A stretch of 64,000 bases of DNA from a bacterium (GCA_016781505.1 JADDQF010000064.1:3292-67291); one strand, 5' to 3'; numbered from the stretch's first letter, positions 37,325 through 47,123 are shown. Program-made: numbers and translations. The notes: generated by a model from the letters alone, not told the origin.

Positions 37325-37804
37325 ATGAACTATCGCCGTCTGCTTCCAAAAACTGGGCAAAGTGTGGTCGAGTTCGCACTGATTATCCCCCTGTTCTTTA
37401 TGGTGCTGTTTGGTATCTTCGAGCTTGGCTATCTCTTCACCATATATACCGGCCTGACGAACAGTGCACGCGAGGTGGCCCGTACAGGGGCAACGTATCA
37501 ATACGCTAACCCAACCAGCATTACCACGCTTGGAGATGTGGATGGAGGGCGTAAAAAAGAGATGGATGGCACGTTTACGGCGACGCTTCACCCACTCATC
37601 GACGCTGCCGATGTCACTCCGACGTACACCTACTACCCGGTAACGCCGTCGAGCAGTATCTACCGTTATGGGGATAAAGTGACTGTCACGCTAACCTACA
37701 CCCATCAGTTTTTCTTCTCCAGGCTGTTGTTTCCGAATAATGCCGACGGAAAGATGTCGATCGTCGCGGAGAGCGAGATGCGATTGGAGCCCGGGGGACG
37801 ATGA
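37325..37804 (+). CDS. tadE: TadE-like pseudopilin (Flp pilus assembly TadE/G N-terminal domain)
   Basis: Trimmed to MNYRRLLPKTGQSVVEFALIIPLFFMVLFGIFELG. Contains a G/QSVVEF class-III prepilin processing motif followed by a hydrophobic helix. Confidence 0.8.
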   Translation: MNYRRLLPKTGQSVVEFALIIPLFFMVLFGIFELGYLFTIYTGLTNSAREVARTGATYQYANPTSITTLGDVDGGRKKEMDGTFTATLHPLIDAADVTPTYTYYPVTPSSSIYRYGDKVTVTLTYTHQFFFSRLLFPNNADGKMSIVAESEMRLEPGGR

Positions 37805-38373
37805 TGAAATTGCGAATCAGACGTAAGAAGGCCCAGTCGATGGTGGAGTTTGCGCTGATTCTGCCGCTGCTGCTGGCCTTGCTGCTCGGCCTTGCGGATT
37901 TTGGTTTTTTGCTGTACGCGCATGTGCAGGTCACGAATGCCACACGTGAGGGCGCACGTGCGGCTTCGCTCTATCTCACCGACCGGTTTCACTACACCTC
38001 CTGCAAGGATAGCTGTCAAACTGGCTATGGCTACGATACCAGTAATTGCTGGACGTTGCGAGACTGGGTCGAAAATGGGCTGGTCGAGCGTAACCGTGAT
38101 CCGAACAGTGGTTGTCCCGTAGCAGGCTATAACACCGCGATTCACTCCTTCGGGCTGCTCAGTCCAAACACATGTGGTAGTGCCAACTGCTGGGAATTGG
38201 TATCCTTGACGAGTAACGGTACGCCAATTACGGGCGATCCGGTAGCAGGTGAGCCGCTCCAGGTGCGCGTCGTGTATCGTTACAACATGCTCTTTCTCGG
38301 AGATTTAGTGGGGTTCACCGCCAATCCGATCCTCATCGATCGAACCGTCATTATGAAGGTTCAGAATACTTAA
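37801..38373 (+). CDS. Second TadE/TadF-like pseudopilin
   Basis: The ATG overlaps the preceding stop (ATGA). MMKLRIRRKKAQSMVEFALILPLLLALLLGLADFG, with Ala at the position of the usual cleavage-site Gly. Confidence 0.8.
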   Translation: MMKLRIRRKKAQSMVEFALILPLLLALLLGLADFGFLLYAHVQVTNATREGARAASLYLTDRFHYTSCKDSCQTGYGYDTSNCWTLRDWVENGLVERNRDPNSGCPVAGYNTAIHSFGLLSPNTCGSANCWELVSLTSNGTPITGDPVAGEPLQVRVVYRYNMLFLGDLVGFTANPILIDRTVIMKVQNT

Positions 38374-38386
38374 GAGGAATGCTGGT

Positions 38387-40624
38387 ATGACTTTGTTCCG
38401 TCGCAGACAATCCGGTCAGGCCATGCCCGTTATTGGCCTCTTTGGGATCACGCTGTTTTTGTTCATGGGCCTTGGTATTGATAGCGGCATGCTCTACCTC
38501 CAGCGGCGGCACCTGCAGAACATTACCGATTCAGCGTGTTTGGCAGCGGCGACGGACATGGTGATGGGTAAAACAAAAGCTGATGCTGATAAGACGGCAC
38601 AGATATATGTCAAAGATAACCTGAACGAAAATGGGAAGCATGCGTTCAACCTGTCGTTTCCTCTAAGCGACTCATTTTTACCGATAACTACCAGCGGTTC
38701 CAGTCTGACCCATGGCGTGCATATAACGGATGCTGGTGATATCCGCGTGGCTGTTACAGCCCCTGCTTCGACTTATTTCCTGCGCGTCGGTGGCATTGAC
38801 ACGTATAACGTCATGGCGCGCACACGGTGTAGCGCCGTTGCCGGCGGCGGTCTTTCGCCAATCGCTGTCAATCGCTTCCCAGGCTATGACGAGGCGGGCA
38901 AACGACGGCTTGGTGTCGCGGATACAAGTGTGACCTTGCCACAATATTACAGCGGCGGCAAGAATCCAAAAACGTTGCAAGTTCGTGATGTGTTGCAGCA
39001 GGATCAGGGGGCCTCAAACCGGGGTGTACTTAACGAAGGAAAGCCGCTCACGACAGGTTGCGGCACCAAGAAGCGCAACTGGTACGGGTGGGGCACGGTT
39101 GATTATCCTAAATCCTTGAGCACGACAGCTTGTCCTGAGGCAAGTCCAAGTGCTCCAGGCCCTGAATTGGAGATCGTTGGCAAATTTGCTAAATCCAACG
39201 TCGGTGATACCTCCTTCAGTGGCGCAGTGGTGCTTGACGCCCGCCAGATCAGTACCGGCCCAGTTTACTATAACACGCTGGTGGGATCGGGCACCAATTT
39301 GAACGCGTGGAAAGCCACCGTCTTTGAATATATCTTGAAGCCATATCCGGGCCCGGATGTGGAGGTGGGAGAACAGCTAGGATATGTCAGCGGTATCAAT
39401 GCTGGGCCGCTCATCAGCGCCTTTGATGCGCGCTTCGATGTAGGTGATCCAGTTACTACTCTGGTTTACGACGGAACAGTTCACAGAGTTGGGGACTTCA
39501 AGCTGTCGATTGCGTGTAAAGCAAGTACATCCAGCGATCGCAATCCAAATTGTAATACTGATGGTGCGTACGCTTTTCGCGATGCTCCACCTGTTGCTCC
39601 TGCAACCGGCGCCGATCCTTTGTTTAGTACGAACTGTAACGATTTCAACGGCAGCTATTATCTTGCGGTTCCCGGCAACCCGGCGACCACCATCAGCGCT
39701 AAGACGAATCCATGGCAAGAAGCATTGTATCCCGCGAAATACATGGTCACGTTAGAGAAATCTTCCTCTACGCAGACGGTCACACTTTCAGCGCGGGTAT
39801 CCGGTGCTAATCCCGGCTCAGGCGACGATTTCGGCGGAATGCGCGTGAGATGGAATGGTGGAAGTTGGCAGACACCTAATACGGCCTTTTCGATAACCCT
39901 ACCCGCGAACACTGTTGTCAATGTTCAACTTGATGTCATTCAAACGGCAACAACAACCAGAACTTGTACCAAGTCAAACGGTACTACAGTGAGCCATACA
40001 GTGCCTGATCACGTGTATGGAGCACACAAACTTCAAGTGATCGGTCAGGGGAGCGCTGCTCAGCTTCAGCATAGTGTCTATGCGACCGTTGCTATGCTAA
40101 ACAATTCCCAGACCTTCAATGCCGGAGATTACTTCTTCTCGGTTGCAGAGGATCCGAGCGGCACGGCGTCAACTGATAGCGAGATCGATGTGCCCCTTCA
40201 GTTCATCGTTGCCAACTCCAACCTAACGGCTCCAGAGGTTGAACTTGATTGCAGCACCTTAGTTTGCAGTTCTGCATCGGCGACGATCTCCAGCGGACCT
40301 TTGTCGGCACAGATTGTAGCTGTTGATAACTATCCTGTGCTACGTATCAAGGTTCCTGCTGGTACAACACCTGGCCAGTATGCCGTCGATGTTCAATGGA
40401 ACAGTCCCATCACACATTCCACCCGTTACTACGTGACGGTGGCGGATCCCGTTAGCCCAAGTGTTAAGCAATGGGTCGTTGTCCTCTGCTACGCGCGTTT
40501 TAAAATTACCGAGATTAGTACCAATGGGGTGAAAGCTAAGGCAATCTCTGGTTGTATAGACCCAGAGAAGGATCCAGCGAAGTTGCTCTCTACCTCCAGG
40601 ATTTTATCGTGGGATTCGCCGTAG
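38387..40624 (+). CDS. TadG-like protein (Tad_N-type N-terminal helix) with a large, unassigned beta-rich C-terminal region
   Basis: 745 aa. SD AAGAGGAA. N-terminus RRRQSGQAMPVIGLFGITLFLFMGLGIDSGMLYLQRRHLQNITDSACLAAA is typical of the TadG N-terminal domain. No DxSxS MIDAS motif seen in the remainder. Confidence 0.75.
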   Translation: MTLFRRRQSGQAMPVIGLFGITLFLFMGLGIDSGMLYLQRRHLQNITDSACLAAATDMVMGKTKADADKTAQIYVKDNLNENGKHAFNLSFPLSDSFLPITTSGSSLTHGVHITDAGDIRVAVTAPASTYFLRVGGIDTYNVMARTRCSAVAGGGLSPIAVNRFPGYDEAGKRRLGVADTSVTLPQYYSGGKNPKTLQVRDVLQQDQGASNRGVLNEGKPLTTGCGTKKRNWYGWGTVDYPKSLSTTACPEASPSAPGPELEIVGKFAKSNVGDTSFSGAVVLDARQISTGPVYYNTLVGSGTNLNAWKATVFEYILKPYPGPDVEVGEQLGYVSGINAGPLISAFDARFDVGDPVTTLVYDGTVHRVGDFKLSIACKASTSSDRNPNCNTDGAYAFRDAPPVAPATGADPLFSTNCNDFNGSYYLAVPGNPATTISAKTNPWQEALYPAKYMVTLEKSSSTQTVTLSARVSGANPGSGDDFGGMRVRWNGGSWQTPNTAFSITLPANTVVNVQLDVIQTATTTRTCTKSNGTTVSHTVPDHVYGAHKLQVIGQGSAAQLQHSVYATVAMLNNSQTFNAGDYFFSVAEDPSGTASTDSEIDVPLQFIVANSNLTAPEVELDCSTLVCSSASATISSGPLSAQIVAVDNYPVLRIKVPAGTTPGQYAVDVQWNSPITHSTRYYVTVADPVSPSVKQWVVVLCYARFKITEISTNGVKAKAISGCIDPEKDPAKLLSTSRILSWDSP

Positions 40625-41564
40625 GTGCTAGCGAGGTCGAGACTCTTCGAATTTTTCCTGATGCTGAAGCCAAAATTGCGAGTGGAGCGTCTACCATCTG
40701 CGGTAGATGCTTAGTATTTCCGGTTGTATACCGGCTTGCACGATCATCCGTCGGTGTTGCTTCCTTTATTGTTGTCAAACCGTTCTTTGCTTCCATCAAC
40801 TCTCTGTCCTTTCCAAAGGTTGTGCTTGCCCATTCGCTCCCCCAACCGTCGAGAAATTGCCGTTCAATTACTATAGCCATTCGTTTTGCGATTGATCATT
40901 GCCTTGCCCTTGAGCGGCTGGTAAAATCCGGCAGTCAACAAAAACGCCCCTGCATGACACTCTCTTATGACGCGCATCTATCACGGCCTTTCCCAACGTA
41001 CGTTAAGGACTCACTGGTTGGAGAATTGCGCTTTGCTATGCCGGACTATCCATAAGAATATCTTGAAACCGTTGCACTGGGGCCGCCGCGTCTACGCCAG
41101 CCAAAACACCGGCATCACGTGCTAGATAACTTTTTGATGACACTGGTGTCGCGCGCCATATCCTTTCACCAGCTATGGCGTTTATTACAAGTGAGTACTC
41201 ATAGTAGTACTCTGGGGGACCGGCTTTAGTACCTAAGAGCGTGTTGGCCCATTCACCTAAGGCTGGATGACTGGGTAGCTGGCCTTGGAGTGGTGCACTA
41301 AAACGTTAAAATTGGTTAAAGATAATGTGCCAGACTCTGATTTGCCAGGCAGCTCCATCCATCTATACACGAGGAGTAGTACGAAGGTACGGGTTTATGC
41401 TCTGGACATTCGCGGCTGGGCTTGATACGTTGAACAATGAATGTTGGAGCCAAGCTGCTGGATCTGAGCCTCGTTGCTCACCCCTTGAGCTGGCCCTCTT
41501 CCACTAAAAACAATCAATCCTTCACCGTACTTTCGATTATATTCGCTCAAAGGGAGTGGTCTGC

Positions 41565-42365
41565 ATGCCTCGTCGTCGTGGTTTGATTTTGGTATTATTA
41601 GGCCTGGTATTAGCGCTGGGCACTGGCGCGCTGGTTTTTCTGCTTCTACAAAACGCTGCGCCGACTACCCCGCCTGATGCTGTTCAGAATCAGCCGACCG
41701 CCGTGCCAGTAAAGCGGCTGCCGGTCGCGTCACGCCTGCTCGAAGCGGGTACAATCATTTCGACGTCGGATATTGCCGTCCAAGATTTTCCAATTGATAC
41801 TCCGGCGGTTGGAACGATCACGGATACGACTCAGCTTGTGGGTGAACAGGTGCTTGCGGCCATTCAGGAAGGCGAAGTCTTCCGTGGAACTGCACTCCGC
41901 GGCGCGAGTGGCGGGCCGCTCAGCAACTCGATTTCTCCGGCACGCGTGGTGATTGCCTTTCCAGCTGGAGATTTGCTGAGCCAGACCAGCGTTATCACCC
42001 CCGGCGATCGTGTCGATCTCTTGTTGACACTGGATGTCGTTGATGCGACGGGCATTGGTGGTGAGACGCGTAGTGGTAAATCAACAAACTTTACTGTGCA
42101 AAATATCAATGTGCTGCAGGTTGTGCGCGGCCAGGTAACTGAGCAAAATCCTAATCCAGCGCCGTCCGCTCTGCTTTTAGAGCTTCAGCCCAGCGATGCG
42201 GTACGGGTCAAATTCGTCAAAGATAATGGCGGTGTGATCGACTTTGCCCTGCGTTCCCGACTTGATACCGAAGAGTTTGACGTGGAAGCTTACAACTTAG
42301 ATAACCTGCGGGACGATTTCGGATTCACCGCACCCCGTTCGAATGTTAATCCAACGCCGCAGTAG
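41565..42365 (+). CDS. cpaB: Flp pilus assembly protein CpaB (SAF plus RcpC-like domains)
   Basis: ATG at 41565 lies 8 nt after AGGGAG. N-terminal TM helix LILVLLGLVLALGTGALVFLLL. SAF-like region LLEAGTIISTSDIAVQDFP. Confidence 0.85.
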   Translation: MPRRRGLILVLLGLVLALGTGALVFLLLQNAAPTTPPDAVQNQPTAVPVKRLPVASRLLEAGTIISTSDIAVQDFPIDTPAVGTITDTTQLVGEQVLAAIQEGEVFRGTALRGASGGPLSNSISPARVVIAFPAGDLLSQTSVITPGDRVDLLLTLDVVDATGIGGETRSGKSTNFTVQNINVLQVVRGQVTEQNPNPAPSALLLELQPSDAVRVKFVKDNGGVIDFALRSRLDTEEFDVEAYNLDNLRDDFGFTAPRSNVNPTPQ

Positions 42366-42392
42366 TCGGGAAGTGGCACGAGGAGAAGAGTA

Positions 42393-43673
42393 ATGGCTAC
42401 GCAAAATCAGATGTCCGGTTTGCGAATTGTAATCATTGCGCCCGCCGATGCGCTCGATCAGGATTGGATCACTGGACTTCAATCTGAGTCGAGCGTGAAT
42501 GTCCTGGCGCGTGTGGGCGTGCTGCAGCGGGGCATCGAGGCTGTTCAACAGCATCAGCCGAATATCCTGCTGATCGACCGGCCCGTCGAGCAAATTGAAG
42601 AAACGCTCAGCGTAGCATATGCGGTCGCACCGCAAACGTTGTGCGTGGCTGTGCTGCCACAACAAGACATGGCCGCGGTGCGTCGTTTGGTGTCGGCCGG
42701 AGCGCGAGACATTCTGATCAAGCCCTTGCACCACCGTGACATGCTCGCGAGCTTGCGGCAAGTGGTGCAGATGGAAGACGCTCGCCGGCAACGCGCTGGC
42801 CAACCCGCGCTCCTGGCATTGCAGCAGCGCAAGGCGCTGGGCAAAGTGATCGTGGTGATGGGGCCGAAGGGCGGGGTTGGTTCAACAACGGTCGCGACCA
42901 ATCTGGCAGTGGCGCTTAAGCATGTCGGCGGGCACGATGTCGCCTTGGCGGACTTTAGCTTGCAATTTGGCGATGTTGGCGTATTGCTCAACCTGTGGTC
43001 CAAACATACGCTCCATGACCTCGCGATCCATTACGATACCATCGACGATGGCCTGCTGGACCGAGTGCTGGTGCCCCATGCGAGCGGCGTAAAGGTACTG
43101 CTCGCGCCGGGCGAGCCCGAGCTATCCGCCGATATGAGCGGCGTGCAGGTCAATGCGATTATCAAAGCGCTGCGTTCGCGGTTTGCCTATGTGGTCGTGG
43201 ATTGCTGGTCGTTTCTGGACGAGATTACCGAAACGCTGATGGCCGCGGCCGATCAAGTGCTGCTGGTCACCACCCCCGAAATTCCCGCCCTGAAAAACTC
43301 CAAGCAGGCGCTCGAATATTTTACCCGTCATGGTGTGCATAAGGATCACGTTGCACTGGTGCTGAACCGCTTTCCCAGTGTCAAAGGCGTGACCTTGCAA
43401 GATATTCAGCAGCATTTGCGGCATCCGGTGCAGGCGAATCTGCCCAGTGATGGCCCGGCCGTGACCTATGCCGCTAACAAGGGTATTCCCGTGGTGCAAA
43501 GCCATCCGCAAAGCTGGGTAGCGCAAAGCTTCCTTAAGCTGGCGGCCTGGGTAGCGGGCGATACTGTCGAGACGATATCGCAAGGACCGGCCGGGGCGGC
43601 GCTGCCAACCTTGGCTGAGCCAAAGCCGGTCAAGGCTAAGTGGCGGCTTGGTTTACGCAAGTCGGGCAGCTAA
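42393..43673 (+). CDS. cpaE: CpaE/TadZ-family pilus localisation ATPase (receiver-like N-domain plus ParA/MinD-type ATPase)
   Basis: Deviant Walker A VMGPKGGVGSTTVATNLA. N-terminal REC-like fold (LRIVIIAP...NILLIDRP). Confidence 0.85.
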   Translation: MATQNQMSGLRIVIIAPADALDQDWITGLQSESSVNVLARVGVLQRGIEAVQQHQPNILLIDRPVEQIEETLSVAYAVAPQTLCVAVLPQQDMAAVRRLVSAGARDILIKPLHHRDMLASLRQVVQMEDARRQRAGQPALLALQQRKALGKVIVVMGPKGGVGSTTVATNLAVALKHVGGHDVALADFSLQFGDVGVLLNLWSKHTLHDLAIHYDTIDDGLLDRVLVPHASGVKVLLAPGEPELSADMSGVQVNAIIKALRSRFAYVVVDCWSFLDEITETLMAAADQVLLVTTPEIPALKNSKQALEYFTRHGVHKDHVALVLNRFPSVKGVTLQDIQQHLRHPVQANLPSDGPAVTYAANKGIPVVQSHPQSWVAQSFLKLAAWVAGDTVETISQGPAGAALPTLAEPKPVKAKWRLGLRKSGS

Positions 43674-43737
43674 GCAACAATGTGTAGATGTGGATCACGG
43701 CCCATAGCCGAGTAGTGAGCGATCAGGAGCTAACGAT

Positions 43738-45129
43738 ATGCCGCGCTTTCGGATGCGACCATCCAACGGTCATCAAGATGTTCAACCAGATGCTCCGGCG
43801 GCATTGCCGCCATTGTTGAAGCGCGCTGCCCAGCAGCCCGAGGTGAGCAGCATCACCGAAGAGCAGCGCGCGCTCGTCGGCCGGGTGCAGGAGCGTCTGC
43901 TCAAGCAGATCGAGGCCCGCTTCGAGCAGGAGGTGCGCGATACGGAGCGCCTTCAGCGGCATATTGCCAACGCGGTTAATGCCGTGCTGGAAGAAGATAA
44001 CTCGGTCATTCCTGAGCGTGAGCGTATGCGGCTGCAGCGGATGGTTCAGGCCGAGGTGATTGGCCTCGGCCCGTTGGAAGAGCTGCTGGCCGACGAGTCG
44101 ATCAGCGAAATCATGGTCAACGGTCCGCACGAGGTTTTTGTGGAGCGCGAAGGCGTGCTGCAAGAGTCCTCGATGCGCTTCAACGACGATGGGCATGTCC
44201 GCCGGGTGATCGACCGCATTGTTGCGCCGCTTGGTCGCCGGATCAGTGAGTCGACCCCGATGGTGGATGCGCGCCTGCCCGACGGCTCGCGGGTCAACAT
44301 CGTGATCCCGCCGATCGCGCTCAACGGTCCGACCATCACGATCCGTAAATTTGCATCCACCCCACTGACCGCCGAAGATTTTGTCCGCAATGGCGCGGTC
44401 TCCCCGGAGGCAATGGAGTTCTTGCAGGCTTGCGTGAAGGGCCGCATGAACGTTGTCGTTACCGGTGGTACCGGTGCGGGCAAGACGACCCTGCTCAACG
44501 TGTTGTCGAGCTTTATTCCCGACAATGAGCGGATTGTGACCATCGAAAACGCGGCCGAGCTGCAGCTCCAGCAGCGCCATGTCGTCACGCTCGAGTCGCG
44601 GCCAGCCAATATCGAAGGCAAAAACGAGATCACCATTCGGGATCTGGTGGTTAACTCGCTGCGTATGCGGCCCAACCGCGTAGTGGTGGGCGAGTGCCGC
44701 AGCGGTGAAACCCTGGACATGCTTCAGGCGATGAACACCGGTCACGACGGGTCGATGACCACGATCCACGCCAACAACCCGCGGGACGCCATTGGACGTT
44801 TGGAAACGATGGTGCTGATGTCGGGCATGGATCTGCCGGTGCGCGCGATCCGTGAGCAAATCTCCTCCGCCATCAACGTTATCGTGCATGTGGACCGGTT
44901 TATGGATGGTTCGCGTCGGGTCAGCAAGATCTGTGAAGTAACCGGCATGGAAGGTGACGTAGTCACGATGTCGGACATTTTTGTTTTCCGGCAGGAAGGC
45001 ATGGACGGCAGCCGGGTGAAGGGCCGTATGATGCCCACCGGTATTCGACCGCGTCTGCTCGATCAGCTGAAGCGCTTTGATATTAATCTGCCGGTGACAA
45101 CCTTTGGCTTCATGCCGGTAGGCCGCTAA
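43738..45129 (+). CDS. cpaF: CpaF/TadA secretion ATPase (T2SS/T4P GspE family)
   Basis: Walker A VVVTGGTGAGKTTLLN. Asp box and Walker B region IVTIENAAEL...RMRPNRVVVGECR. His box GHDGSMTTIHAN. Confidence 0.95.
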   Translation: MPRFRMRPSNGHQDVQPDAPAALPPLLKRAAQQPEVSSITEEQRALVGRVQERLLKQIEARFEQEVRDTERLQRHIANAVNAVLEEDNSVIPERERMRLQRMVQAEVIGLGPLEELLADESISEIMVNGPHEVFVEREGVLQESSMRFNDDGHVRRVIDRIVAPLGRRISESTPMVDARLPDGSRVNIVIPPIALNGPTITIRKFASTPLTAEDFVRNGAVSPEAMEFLQACVKGRMNVVVTGGTGAGKTTLLNVLSSFIPDNERIVTIENAAELQLQQRHVVTLESRPANIEGKNEITIRDLVVNSLRMRPNRVVVGECRSGETLDMLQAMNTGHDGSMTTIHANNPRDAIGRLETMVLMSGMDLPVRAIREQISSAINVIVHVDRFMDGSRRVSKICEVTGMEGDVVTMSDIFVFRQEGMDGSRVKGRMMPTGIRPRLLDQLKRFDINLPVTTFGFMPVGR

Positions 45130-45194
45130 GAGCATCGGCCGGCGCGGAGGCCCGTGCGGGTCAGTACAATCTCGCGCCGAGGGGAGCAGGAACT

Positions 45195-46145
45195 ATGGAC
45201 ATGATGTATGTCGGGGCGGCGGTTTTAGCTGGTTTAGCTATCTTCTTGTCGATCCTGGGCTTGAATAGCCTGATCACAGCCAGCTCCGAGGTCGACGATC
45301 GCCTGGACGCGTACGCGACGATGAACACGATGTTCAACGCGAGCCTGGATGACCAGGCTCGCCTTGGCGAGCGCGTCAACTCGTATCTTAACGAGCGCGG
45401 CTTTACCGGCAGCATCGCAGCGGCGTTAGCGCGGGCTGATGTCAAGCTGACCGTGCTTGAATATATGCTGATCAAGCTGGCGCTACTGCTCACGCCCTTG
45501 ATCCTGCTCTGGCTCTTCACCGGCCAGCTGATCGGCGGCCTGTTCCTGGGTGCCGTCTTTTTCTTTGTCCCGGACCTTTGGCTGCGCCAACGGGAAGCGA
45601 AGCGCAGTGCGGATTTTGCCCAGCAGTTGCCGGATACCTTGGCCTTGATCGTGAGTGGTTTGCGGGCCGGCTTTAGCTTACAGCAGTCGCTGCTGAACGT
45701 GGCCAAGGAAGCGCCCGAGCCCACCGCGACTGAATTCAAGCGGCTGGGCCAGGAGGTACAGCTGGGCGTGGCACTGCACGAGGCACTGGATGGCCTGGTG
45801 CGCCGCATCAAGAGCCCCGATCTGGACATGATCGTGAGCGTCTTCAAGATTCACAGTCGGGTCGGTGGCAATTTATCGCAGGTGCTGGAAACGGTTAGTA
45901 CCACGATTCGGGAGCGGGTACGGCTTCGGCGTGAGGTGCAGGTGATCACCGCACAACAGCGCTACGCCAGCTATGTGCTGGGCGCGATGCCGCCGATCCT
46001 GGGGTTGATTCTGCTGAGCATCAATCCTCAATACATGTTGGAGATGTTCCAGTGGAATGTCTTTTTGTGCATTCCAATTGGCGCTACGGTGATGACGGTG
46101 CTCGGATTTCTGGCCATTCGCAAGATTGTTGATATCAAAATCTAA
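45195..46145 (+). CDS. tadB: TadB (type II secretion system F family inner-membrane platform protein)
   Basis: 316 aa. N-terminal TM helix, T2SSF domain (LPDTLALIVSGLRAGFSLQQSL), C-terminal TM helices. Confidence 0.85.
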   Translation: MDMMYVGAAVLAGLAIFLSILGLNSLITASSEVDDRLDAYATMNTMFNASLDDQARLGERVNSYLNERGFTGSIAAALARADVKLTVLEYMLIKLALLLTPLILLWLFTGQLIGGLFLGAVFFFVPDLWLRQREAKRSADFAQQLPDTLALIVSGLRAGFSLQQSLLNVAKEAPEPTATEFKRLGQEVQLGVALHEALDGLVRRIKSPDLDMIVSVFKIHSRVGGNLSQVLETVSTTIRERVRLRREVQVITAQQRYASYVLGAMPPILGLILLSINPQYMLEMFQWNVFLCIPIGATVMTVLGFLAIRKIVDIKI

Positions 46146-46190
46146 TCCCGCTGCCGGCGTCCAGATCGGCGACGTACGTAGGACCGACCT

Positions 46191-47123
46191 ATGATGATCA
46201 TTATCGCTTCTGTGCTGGTTTCCATAAGCGTGCTGCTGTTCTTTGTTGGACTTGCATACATGCGTACCAGCGGCGAGATGCAACAACGCATGGAGCTTTA
46301 CGGCGGTAGCTTTCAGGGTACCATCGAGGAGCGAGAGCTGCAGCAGCCGTTCTCGCAGCGCGTGCTGCGGCCGCTGATGCGTCGTATGCTCGGCTTGTTT
46401 GCCTGGATCTTGCCGAACAACCGCATCGCGGGCCTGCAACAGCGGCTCACGATGGCGGGCAATCCCGGCGGGATCACGACCGCTGATTTTATCGGCATCA
46501 AAGGCTGGACCACCATTATCATGGGCGCCGTCTTTGCGCTGTATGTGTATCTCGGCGGCGGTGAGATGACCGTGGTCACCTGGCTGATCGGCCTGGTGTT
46601 TGTTTTTATTGGGTTTCGGCTGCCGGACATCTGGCTATCTCGGCAAATCGCCACTCGCCAGCTGGAGCTAACCAACTCGATGCCCGATGCGCTCGATATG
46701 ATGACGATCGCGGTGGAGGCGGGCCTGAGCTTTGAGCAGTCGCTCGGCGAGATTGTAACGCGCTGGGACAACGACCTGGCTAAAGAGTTTCGCCGCGTGC
46801 TCTACGAAGTGGGTGTTGGCATGTCGCGGCGTGAAGCGCTTGAGCATCTGAGTGAGCGCACGGCGGTGCCCGATATTGTCTCCTTTGTGACAGCCATTAA
46901 CCATTCAGAAGAGCTCGGCACGAGCTTAGCCCGCGTGCTGAACGTCCAATCGCAGGAGATGCGCATTCGCCGACGCCAACGTGCACAAGAAGCAGCCAAC
47001 AAAGTGCCGATCAAAATCTTGTTTCCGATGGTCTTTCTGATTTTTCCAGCAATGTTCGCCGTTATCCTCGGTCCGGCGGTCCCACGAATTTTCAGGGCGC
47101 TCGGTGGCGTTATCGGAGGATAA
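46191..47123 (+). CDS. tadC: TadC (type II secretion system F family platform protein)
   Basis: 310 aa. T2SSF domain (MPDALDMMTIAVEAGLSFEQSL), TM helices at both ends. Confidence 0.85.
   Translation: MMIIIASVLVSISVLLFFVGLAYMRTSGEMQQRMELYGGSFQGTIEERELQQPFSQRVLRPLMRRMLGLFAWILPNNRIAGLQQRLTMAGNPGGITTADFIGIKGWTTIIMGAVFALYVYLGGGEMTVVTWLIGLVFVFIGFRLPDIWLSRQIATRQLELTNSMPDALDMMTIAVEAGLSFEQSLGEIVTRWDNDLAKEFRRVLYEVGVGMSRREALEHLSERTAVPDIVSFVTAINHSEELGTSLARVLNVQSQEMRIRRRQRAQEAANKVPIKILFPMVFLIFPAMFAVILGPAVPRIFRALGGVIGG

Noticed and set aside
40707-40895. 62-aa Cys-rich ORF (11 Cys by my count) in the Tad spacer, considered as a RiPP precursor or Cys-rich small protein.
   Set aside because: It has no SD and no adjacent modification, export or immunity genes. 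The Cys and Phe/Leu/Ser richness simply reflects translation of a T/C-rich strand. Its third-codon positions lack the genome's G/C bias.
40552-41055. 167-aa ORF overlapping the end of the tadG-like gene, considered as the missing prepilin peptidase or a frameshifted TadG extension.
   Set aside because: It has no TM-helix pattern or the Asp motifs of A24 peptidases. There is no internal ATG until near the end. Codon usage is atypical and the composition is not protein-like. No slippery site was seen at the junction.
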